The position numbers were made by a program, and so were the translations under genes. Under the pieces are notes generated by a model, which was given only the letters and a program-made list of their open reading frames with translations, was not told the origin of the DNA and did no database searches. A stretch of DNA of 56,846 nt, the filler included, from Platydemus manokwari (Eukaryota), in the NCBI GenBank assembly GCA_037951405.1. It is 5 parts of 5 records of this genome, joined end to end, with 100 filler letters (N's around TTAATTAATTAA, not from the genome) between each part and the next. Parts side by side here need not be neighbours in the genome. Positions count along the whole stretch, not along the records: positions 1 to 9,471 come from JBBMOY011244651.1; positions 9,572 to 22,821 come from JBBMOY011783616.1; 3 more parts are not named here. One strand, given 5' to 3'. How positions within the stretch are numbered: the stretch's first letter is position 1; each line of letters begins with the position of its first letter. Positions 1 through 9,950 of the stretch are shown here, piece by piece.

Positions 1-18
1 GATAAAATATGAATATTC

Positions 19-1186
19 GGCTTAAGTTAAGAAAAAGGTTCCTTTGACCCAATTTTAAAGTAATGACTTTTCGTGAGTTATTTGATATTAAAATTTATTT
101 GTAATCATATATTTTAATGAAATTTTTACATTTTTGTGAGTTATTTGATATTAAAATTTATTTGTAATAATATTTTAATAAAATTTTTACATAAAATTCA
201 ATTTTAGTTTAGAAAGTAAAAATATTACTCCCGCAATCAGTACATATTATGGATCATGGATTCACAAAGCTACAATTAAATAGAAGTATCATTTTAAATA
301 TAAAATTTCTGTTTAACTTGTGTTTATTCCTTCCAGAGTCACTGGACTTCGATTGTAGACTAGAAATAATAAACAATTATTTCTTATTATATTTCTCCAG
401 TCTTTCAACAATTCAAATACCATGTTTTCAAAGTACACTATTATATTTGGCCCCTCTAAAATTGACCTCATCAATTTCTACTTCGCTTTTTATTCATAGA
501 TGTAGAATCTACAAAATTTTGTACCTTAATAAATAATTTTAAATTCTTAGTTTTATTTTCATAAAAATTGACACTATTTTCTGATTGTTGGTTTGCTTGT
601 GGATGTCATTTTGCTAATACATTTTTTATGTAAGCCAAATAACTTATTCAGAATGTAGAAAAGGGACAAGACCGAATTGTTGAGCCAAGCTCTTAGTTGA
701 ATTCCGAAATTAATTTTATATTTGCGGAATTTTCACCTGTATGATTTATTTGATCTGGATGAAACCTTGATTTCATAACACCATCTACAAGTTTTGGATC
801 TATGTATTTAATTTATTAAATAAATATCAATATACTTATTGTGAGACAAAACACAAGTACCTAGTTTCTTGCACTCATCAATAATTTCCAAATCACTTTT
901 GTACAAAATAACTATTAAAATCTTAGACATCGTTCCATTTGATTATAGTGTTTAAAAAAGATGTCCTCGCTTAATTTCAATTAATTGCTTTTTGATCTAC
1001 TTTGACCCGTTTTTCAAATAATTAATTTTTAGTGGATTTTAAAGCCACTGTGTGTATAATATTTGATTGTAAACAACTAAAATTTTTCTCAAGTACTTTA
1101 ATATAAAATTCAAAATGTTTTCAAAGAATTTAATGCACTCCACAAATTTAAAATTTAATTAGGACCATTTTTTTAAAATTTAGGGC
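19..1186 (-). mobile_element. Decayed Merlin (ISXO2/IS1595-like DDE) DNA transposon with TIR at 19-50 and an intron-containing transposase relic
   Basis: Minus-strand reading of ~490-228 across frameshifts and stops gives EVEIDE.NF.GAKYNS...W(V)F(G)IVER...LFLVYNRSPVTLEGI, then a GT..AG intron, then FVNP*SIICTDC, which is the Merlin motif order. The sequence GGCTTAAGTTAAGAAAAAGGTTCCTTTGACC at 19 matches the end of the 42277-42711 MITE. A possible decayed opposite TIR lies at ~1161-1186, so the right boundary is uncertain. Confidence 0.7.
73..192. repeat. Two-copy ~63-bp subterminal tandem repeat
   Basis: GTGAGTTATTTGATATTAAAATTTATTTGTAAT...AAATTTTTACAT begins at 73 and again at 136. Confidence 0.9.
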
Positions 1187-2985
1187 AATTTTCAAAATTT
1201 AGTCTTAAAACGATTATCATATTGCATGAACACTTTTTACGTTTTGTTAAAATATTCTAAATTTAATTTTAAAAACGAATGCTTCTAAATCAAACTTTAA
1301 AAATTCTACAGTTGCATTTCAAATTTATCAAATTTGAAGACTTGCTTAACATTGTATATGTAATTAAAATAATCCAAAATTGAATATTGATAAGAATCTT
1401 TGGACTCATCATTTTAATTATCTTCAATTATGATCTTCATAAATGATCCTAAAAATAAGATTAGCCTAAAGTAATGTTAGTAAACGTAATTAAGATTAAT
1501 GATAACACGTCGACGAATTATCTTTGTACAATCAGAGAATTATATTATCGTGTCTGGTCACACAGCAGTGATTTATCTTCGATTATTGAAATTATTTGCC
1601 TGATATATCTGAGAATAATTTGTTATTCTTTGTATTATTTTACAACTAATAGCTGTTTTGTACGAAAAAAATTATTTGTTATTGAATTGTTAAAATGACA
1701 AAATAAAAAAGGATTTTTTGGAATATCATTCACATGTATGTTTCTCAGTTCTAAATTCAGTTCTATTAACGTATCCAAGAAGGAAATGTTTTTCTAATTT
1801 ACAAATGCTTCAATCTTATTTATTGAATAAATGGTTCACAGAATAGTGGTTAACACCGGCAAATGGCTTTACGATTATTTTGTTGTGGTCATTATTAACG
1901 TGATTTTGAAATTTTATTCGTCACACGTTCATATGTATCTCGTGAAGGCTTCTATCGTAGTATGATGGCTGTTATTGGAATTATTACATCGCTAAATTCA
2001 AACCACTTGTCTGAACGTCATTATGTATTAATTATATTCATAGTTATTTATTCATGCATTATTTAGTTATCCATCTGAATCATGATAAAACAATGATCAG
2101 CTTATGTGTTTTATTATCCTATTTTTATATACGCTTCAATGATTTCTGATGTCTGGAAAAGAGTTATATTAATTGGGAAAGTTAATGCAAGGGATAATGC
2201 CATTTATTTATAATGAGAGTTTACTAAAGAGAAATAATAGCGAATAATCGGTTACCAGAGGTTCGCGTGATCACCGTGATCTGTGATTTGGAACAGGTTT
2301 TACTAGGAAGATTCATTCAATAATCAAATAGTGTTTACCGTGGTATTTGGTGAGAAGTGCCACTGTTTTTTACTGTGTTGTAAATTTAATGTGTGGGCGT
2401 ATGCTTTGCTTTGCTCATCTTATATGCTATGCTTTTACAGCCAACGGCGCTGCTTTTATTTTGTTTTCCATTTATTATTTGGGATTTTATAATGATCGGA
2501 ATATTTATCGATCCATTAATGTGACTGACAATGTGGGATCAAATATTATATTTTTTGAATATCACGTGAAAATAAAATTGATAAACTTAACCAACAAATG
2601 AATAACATCAAATGAGAAAATTGCAATTCATTTTAAGATTTAAAAATACATTTTTTCCTTAACATCAAACAGCAAAATTGATAAAACAAACTTTATTCTT
2701 TTTACAATTTTCAAATAAATTGAGCGTCACCGTAAAAAATATTTTTCTTTTACTTACAAAAATGCTTTTTGCAAGGTTGTTGCTTGTTAATGATTTATTT
2801 ATAATTTTTATTAATAATAATTTAAGTCAAAAATTATTGGAAATCATACGGTTTTCATAGGAAATTATATTTCATAATACGAACACTGTTTATTTTGAAC
2901 AATGAGCAAAAAATAGTGCAAATAAAATCAATAAATTATACATTTTTTGTTTAGATATTTAATTTTTAATTGTCTTTTATGAAAA

Positions 2986-3346
2986 ATGAAAAACACAAAT
3001 TCAAAAGGAAAGAGATAGGATTTAAGTATCAAGGAGAAACAGAAATTGTTAAAATTATTCGATGAAGATAAAGGTTGCTCTCAACTCTTTCTCTTATCAA
3101 AATATAATCTTTCATCAAACTGTATAAATAATGCTATCTAAAGACTCCATTTTGAATTCAAACTTGAATACGAAACAAAAACGAAAATCACGTTTACGTA
3201 GTGGATACCAAGTTGATGCCATCTCATATGAATGCCGTATTATGATAAACAAAATATGGGATTTGATTGAAGAAATTCAGGGAGAAAAAGCATCTAGACA
3301 ATTGAAAATCACAGACTTTATTATGTGTCAACTACATTCCTTGTGA
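2986..3346 (+). pseudogene. Internally deleted pogo/Tigger (CENP-B-like) transposase relic
   Basis: N-terminal KGKR*DLSIKEKQKLLKLFDEDKGCSQ...KYNLS..I (HTH_psq-like) and RKSRLRSGYQVD join directly to C-terminal RQLKITDF (PIP-box-like tail of pogo transposases). A stop and a frameshift are present, and no DDE core is seen. Confidence 0.6.
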
Positions 3347-3744
3347 ACCATTCTATTCGAACCATATCTAAAAGAAATATTGTAAATATTATTAATAATT
3401 TTTCAGCTTCAACCCATTCAACCCAATAACTTACTTCTAAATATCGATTAAACTGAGCGACAACACGTGTTTGGGAAAACTTTACGCCAACCGTCTTAAA
3501 GCCTCAAATGGCACAAGAGGTCTCGTACGATCTCAGACACAGGAGACTTTTCTTAAAAACCGTTCTATCAAGACATAAGAATTCTCATTAATAGCTAAAT
3601 TCAATTTTAAAGGAATTTGGGTTATTTATGGTATAAATCTAAAAATTAATTGTTTTCATTGTATTTCTGATATTGTATACATTGTCTTCTATAATTGTAA
3701 TTTCTTTGTTAATTTACAATTTATTTATTTTATTTACAATCATA

Positions 3745-4000
3745 GCAAACAACCAATCACAGCAGAGCTAGATAATAAACGAAAATCGGAAAAAGGGACA
3801 TAGTCACACAACAACGCAGAAATAGGGATTGACTAACCCCACTCGCAAAAACTAATCAGCCCAATAGGAACATGGAAAAGCAAAGATCGATTAAAAATTT
3901 GATACAAACAAGACACAAATACTACATACAGATTTCGAGTATAAATATCGATGTAAAGATGTCCAACTGCCAGTTGGAAGCCAGGTTTCGGTTATGTTTT
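3745..4000 (+). repeat. Dispersed repeat, copy A (possibly LTR-derived)
   Basis: AACCAATCACAGCAGAG...CACACAACAAC...CATGGAAAAGCAAAGATC...GTAAAGATG..CAGTTGGAAGCCAGG is colinear with the reverse complement of ~9690-9950. Confidence 0.75.
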
Positions 4001-7000
4001 GTAGTAGTACGAGTATTAGTGTATTTTTGTAAGATTGCTGATCAGTACGCAGGTTGGAAATAAAATCTGTAGCCTTCGAGTTTTGAAGTCAGTGATTATT
4101 CAGATGTTTAGAAGTAGAACTCAACATATATGATACAAAATTAACATCAAATCAGCCGAAAGAAAGAAAAGAAATAAGCTCAAATAACCTCACGAAAGAG
4201 TATAAATATTGGAATATTCCCGGGATTAATAGTGAATAATTTAAGTAACGATATGACTACACAATTTTGAAGCTGTCAGCTTTGATTTGTTCACTAAACG
4301 ATAGCTCATCCTTTAAAAAATAATAAAAAATGACAAACCAAAACCCAAACCAATATTATAAAAACATGGTTTTAATTAACGAAACCTAATAAAATGAGCT
4401 GTTTATGAATAAGTAATTTTATTCTAATCAGTTTGAATAGAGATGTCATTGAAATTGTGATAATATTTCATTTTGACTAAAATAGATTCGCGAAATATTT
4501 CCAGGAAATAATTAGCCCATGTTACACAATGATGAAAATAAAATAAAGATTTTGTGTGTATTAATTTTAATTTTACTCTTTTTATAGAAATCATATCGAT
4601 ATTACGAACACAGTTAATTGGATAAAAACACCTGAGAAAATGTTATTATGCCAATAACAAAATTAAAATGGAAACGTTTTATGTTTACTAATAGGTAAAT
4701 ATTATTGAATCAAACATTATGTTGTTGACATCATATTTTAATTAATTTACCTTGAGTTAAAAATATCTATGAAATTATATTTATTTTAGTCCACAGTTTC
4801 AATTCCGATCAAATGATATGATAGGTATTTTAGAAAAACTAGTAGTAAGAAAAACAAATTCCACTTAGGATTTTATATTTTTAAGCAGTGTGCAGAATAA
4901 TTTCTGGATATCGCTATTCGTGAAGTCTGATATATTTCTAAATAGAATAAAAAAATCACTTATGTTAGTTCAGATCATTTTATTTTATTTTATTTTAATC
5001 GATACCCGATAAGGTTTGGGAACTTGGTTTTTTGTACTCATTTAAATAAATGTGTAAATGAGAAAATGCAGATTGAAAAAAGATTAACATATTCAAAGAA
5101 TATACTTCAGCGGGTGGAGTTTTCGGACAATATAGCTAATTAAAATTATTTAAATTCCTTTTGTTGGAAAGTGGGTGTAGATAAAAGCTCTTGAAAAATT
5201 AATACTCAAGAAAGAGATCCGTTTAGGAACAAATTATTCCTGAAAAGAACCACGTATATAAAAAATCTTCAATGGAAAAAATCATTCATTAACAATTAAA
5301 ATTGATTTGTACTCATCGAAACTTTCTCCCTCTCAAGCAAATCATATAACTCCCGATGGGAGCTTTGAATTCCAGTTAAACGAAGCCACACGAGAATTGC
5401 TTATCTAGCTTCGAATTCCATTTGAGATAAATAAAAATGATAAAATAGATAGTAAAAAGCAAAAAACAGTAAAAATGTGTAAAGCAATTTAATCAAAGAC
5501 AATAAAAATTTTTAAAACATGATGGAGAAATCTGTCCAATGAATAGATGTTAATTATACCGAATTCATTCTAAAAAAGTTAATAAAAAACTTTTATTTAA
5601 AGGAACATAACAATCTAGATGCATTATTAGAGCTGAAAATCTTAATAAAGATTCCAGTAGCTCACATTTTCTCAAAGTAAAAACAATTATCACTTTATCA
5701 AGCTTTGTTTAAAATCTTTCTCAAAAACGTGACTAACGAATCAGCATGAATAATAAAAAAAGAATTTAAGAAATGTTGTTTTCGTTACTAAAAATAAACA
5801 TCCAATTAAACTTAGTATAGTATATCATGAAAGAAAACAATCTTGGAAAGAAATCCATAAAATAGTTGAAAAATGAGAGATAGCGCATAAACAAACGCCA
5901 AATAGTCAATGGTACAACATATTGTAAGCACTATTATATTAATTATGTCGATATTATTGTTTTGAGATCAACGGATTATTCTCAAGACTATCCTATCAAT
6001 TTAAGTAGGCGGTTCGTGACAATTCTCATCATTTCCATTATTTGTATTGTAACGATGGTTTTGGTCTTAGATGGATCACCAGTTTAAGTTGGAAAACATC
6101 TTAACATTCAGATCTAAAATTTCAGCGATATTTTTATCATCTCTGTAAATCATTTAATTTTCAAATTATAATGTGCTTTACACTTTTGCTATCATACATA
6201 TTGTTTGAAAATCAAACCAAGACATTCCTTCAAAAACTGTCAGATAAGTTGCGTATATAATCCAGCTTCCAATGGATTCTTTCAAATTCCAAAAATTGTA
6301 AAATCATATTTTTGCACCCCTTTGCAAACAAATTAGATAAAAGTTAATTCAAACAGGTCTCTTATCTGGTTAAAAATTATTTTATAAAACTTGAAGATTT
6401 TGATCTAAACAAAAAGGAATTATTTAAATTTATTGAGCAACAGATTATTCTGAATAAATCGAATCGAGCGCTTCAACGTCTGAAGTTTAAGCCCAAAATT
6501 TTACCATACTGTTATATATGCTCAATATAACGAAATCGGTACTGCGTTAAAACCAAATGAAATAAAATAATTTAAAGTATTGGTTTTTTATACTGGTTGT
6601 GGATGTGTTATGAGATTGGTTATCGAGGTGCTCGCTGTTGTACAGGTCGGACTCCAAACAATCTGTTGTGTTTCGTGCGAAGTATGTAGGTTGCGATTAT
6701 CAAATACTACAATAGCAAATTAACAAGTTGATTAATATGATTATGAAATAACAGAACTGGCGAAGTGTTGGCTCACTTAATCAGAAGGTAAGATTCACGA
6801 TACGGGGGAACCGTATAATGAATAAAAGCTATAAAAATGGCAGCAAAACGAAGAATGCGTTACTTAATACCGTATCTATCGACACTGTATGAAATTATTA
6901 CAAGTCGGGCTATACCTCGCTGACTAATTCAATCGGCTTGTGGAGGAGATTTCTGTTACGGTATGCTTGGATCGTAGCTGACTAATGCTTCTTTCTGTGA

Positions 7001-7898
7001 CTAATTTTCTCTAGCTGATATCGAATCGTAGTCTCTCAGCTATGTGACTGTGCTTTTAATCTGATAATTGGTTGTTTGCAATTAACTTCTTGGCTTTCAC
7101 TGTCTTCGCTAATTTTATTGCGCCCTGTTCTAAAGTTCTGTCATCTTATATATCATTTTTTGTTACGGTTTCATCCAATCATAATTTTTCTATTTCTTGA
7201 ATTTAAAAATCCTATTTTTGTTTTCTGTTCTATTTTTGCAATTATTTAGTTCTATTTTTAGATTCTTGTATTTTTTTATTCTTTTTTTGTAATTATATAT
7301 TTCTATTTTTAATTGCAAGTTTATTTTTAGAATTTTTATTTATGTGATTATATTTATGGGTGTAACATGTTATTCGTCGTTGTATGACTCACTGTGAGTT
7401 TGGATCCTAACAAAAGCACCAAATTTATTTAAAAGGTGTAGCATTTTAGCATCTTAAAATATGAAAACATAAAATAAAATATTTCCAAGATACTCACTAT
7501 CTAATAAATCTAAACAAAATTTTTATGCAATATTTTTCAACTATTTATACTAGTTGATAATATGTACTTTATATATCAAATATAATTAATTATAATTAAA
7601 TATAATTTTAATTATTATTTTTAATTAATTGCCTGATTGAGCCACGGGCATCCGTCATAGTCACAACTCAATCTGTAATCCATTATTAATTGGATTTCTT
7701 TAAGTTTTCGTACTCCAACGGGATTTGTCCTGATATCAATAATGTGTCAAAATTTATTGCCTATCAGTGCTTTAAAATCCCGCCGGGGTTTACGTGTATT
7801 TTTAGAAACAATATAGCAATCCTAGGTTTTGGATTACTTGATAAATTGGTCTCAAAATCAGTATATAAACGGATAGCTATATTCTAAATTTCTTTTAG

Positions 7899-7954
7899 TC
7901 TTATCTGTCTCTGGTACGAAGCACTGATGAGTTCTATGGAAGGCCGAAATAAGA
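7899..7954 (+). ncRNA. Type III hammerhead ribozyme (HHR1)
   Basis: Stem III UCUUAU/AUAAGA (6 bp) with triplet AUC, cleavage after 7905. Stem I UGUCUC-loop UGGUAC-GAAGCA has 1 mismatch. CUGAUGA is at 7924-7930. Stem II GUUCU-loop AUGGA-AGGCC has 1 mismatch. GAAA is at 7946-7949. Confidence 0.8.
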
Positions 7955-8025
7955 GATTATCCGTATCATATAGCCACTATCATTATCATTGGAACTTTGT
8001 TCTTGAAGGCTCCGAGAAATCAAAA

Positions 8026-8085
8026 AGTCCTATATATCTCTGAACTGAGGTACTGATGAGACCTACAGAGGGCCGAAACAGAACT
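8026..8085 (+). ncRNA. Type III hammerhead ribozyme (HHR2, partly degenerate)
   Basis: Stem III AGUCCUAU/ACAGAACU pairs 6 of 8, with an A.C mismatch next to the core and triplet AUA, cleavage after 8034. Stem I UAUCUC-loop UGAACU-GAGGUA pairs 6 of 6. CUGAUGA is at 8053-8059. Stem II is GACCU-loop ACAGA-GGGCC. GAAA is at 8075-8078. Confidence 0.75.
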
Positions 8086-8983
8086 CATTTTCAACAAAAG
8101 TAAGTTTATTAATTTTTTAAAAATTTTTGATAATCAATCAAATAGATTAAAATTTTTGAAAAATACAATTTTTCCTTAAAATCTGTAATTGCTAATTATA
8201 TACTTCTCAAAACTTTCCATTACATTTGATCATGGAATAATTATTATCAGCTTAACTTGAAACCACCAAGGCAGAAATACATTTTATAGACGATTTAAAA
8301 TACATAGAGAAAAGTTGAGAGACCACAAGCTGCATTGGTCGAAATGTTTAAAAGAAGCAATTCCATATGAATGGCAATGCGAAAGAATTATTAAAAATTT
8401 CTAACAAGATATAAGAATGTACTACAATTTTTCTAAAAATAAATCCTTATAATATATGAATTAAGAAAATATAAAATAATTTTTGATTGCAGAACATCAC
8501 CATGGAAGTAAGTTTGTTCAGACATTGATTTCCATAATGACCATGTTAATAAATCCCCATAAATCATCTCATGACATGTTAGGATTTTTAAAAATAAATT
8601 AAAATTTGTTGAAAATAAAAAATCGACTTTCAATAATATCTTTTGTTGGTGAGGATAAGGAGAGTACAGGACAAAACTAATATGATAATGATAAAAAAAT
8701 AATGAGATTTAATTATAAATCATGTTAACGAGCAACGAAAATGAGTTGGGAGGACAACGTGATTAATTTTTGATTGATTCAAATAATAGATTTTCTTCAT
8801 TTGAATCGATGGACGAATCATAAAACGTTTTGGGTTGCTCTGTGGTATTGATTTCTTTATTTTTCGGAAATAAATAATTTACCAATAAAACTTGCACAAA
8901 GAATGTTTTATTTTTATAATTAACACGAAATAATTTTTAATATTGTAGGAATAGTGAATATTATTGATTTCATAAATATTTTT

Positions 8984-9145
8984 TGTTAGCCGCTACTATT
9001 TTAAAAGCCACACATGATAAACGAACTGATAAGTCAAGACACTAAAAATCTATTTAAAGACAAATATTTAAACAAATAAATTTATTTTGATAAAAATATG
9101 ATTTTAAATAAATTAGAATTAAATTTGAATTAAAAATATCTCACA
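8984..9145 (-). mobile_element. Solo LTR of the TRIM family (internally shortened)
   Basis: TGTTAGCCGCTAC...TATCTCACA is the reverse complement of the TRIM LTR. It is flanked by TTTTT on both sides, a 5-bp TSD of low complexity. Confidence 0.85.
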
Positions 9146-9334
9146 TTTTTAATCTTTTTATTTTATTATTTGAAAAAATAAAATTGTTGTGGTTATTTAA
9201 AAGTATTGATTAGGTATTCTAAATTCAGTATTCTCAACTCAGTTTAGAGTGATGATATTGGCTTCTTATGGGTCTTTAAAAAAATATTGTGAATAAGAAA
9301 TCGCAGATCGACAAATAGAATACCACCAAATATA

Positions 9335-9471
9335 TATTAGGCTGAGTCAAAAGTTATTCATGTTTTTTAGTTGTTTAAAGTTTTTGTTTTACCCAATCAT
9401 TTAAACATAACATAGCTACGCAACATTTGGTACCATTTAAAAGCTCTTGAAAAGGTGAATCTATCTACCCT
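9335..9471 (+). mobile_element. Mariner/Tc1-type terminal sequence truncated by an assembly gap
   Basis: TA-TTAGGCTGAGTCAAAAGTTATTCATG... is near-identical to 32404-32473, and both copies run into N gaps. Confidence 0.6.
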
Positions 9472-9689
9472 NNNNNNNNNNNNNNNNNNNNNNNNNNNNN
9501 NNNNNNNNNNNNNNNTTAATTAATTAANNNNNNNNNNNNNNNNNNNNNNNNNNNNNNNNNNNNNNNNNNNNCGATAGTTTAAAGTATGTAGATTACGAAT
9601 CTGGTCAGACCTTATAATTTAATTATTAAATTTCTTATATAACACAATCTGCAAATTAGTGTCCCGACTTATGAGTAAAGCTTTACATG

Positions 9690-9950
9690 GACACGCAACC
9701 AAAGCTTGGTTTCCAACCGGTAGTTCTCCATCTTTACATCGGCATTTATACACAAGATCTCTGTCATTTTCTGTGTCACTACTGTAATACATTTTCAATT
9801 GATCTTTACTTTTCCATGTTTCTATGAGGTTTATTGGTTTTATTATGTGTGGGTTTGGTTAATTCCTATGTGTGTTGTGTTGTTGTGTGGTTATGTTCCT
9901 TTTCCACTTATCATTTTCTATCTTACTCTACTGTGATTGGTTGATTGCCT
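9690..9950 (-). repeat. Dispersed repeat, copy B (inverted relative to 3745-4000)
   Basis: Colinear diverged match to copy A. Confidence 0.75.

Noticed and set aside
6510-7367. TGTTA...TAACA solo-LTR candidate (similar cases at 11406-11973 and 44417-44807)
   Set aside because: No TSD, PBS or clear second copy. Probably repeat-derived but not supportable.
7633-7660. CTGATTGAG as a third hammerhead core
   Set aside because: It has an extra base in the core and no downstream GAAA or stem III.
7924-8059. TGATGA/CTGA read as C/D box snoRNA motifs
   Set aside because: The GAAA motif and three helices around each copy fit hammerheads far better, and no terminal snoRNA stem is present.
9516-9527. 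TTAATTAATTAA islands inside N runs (also 22866, 32518, 46385)
   Set aside because: Identical spacer centred in fixed-size gaps with stops in all six frames. This is an assembly linker, not biology.
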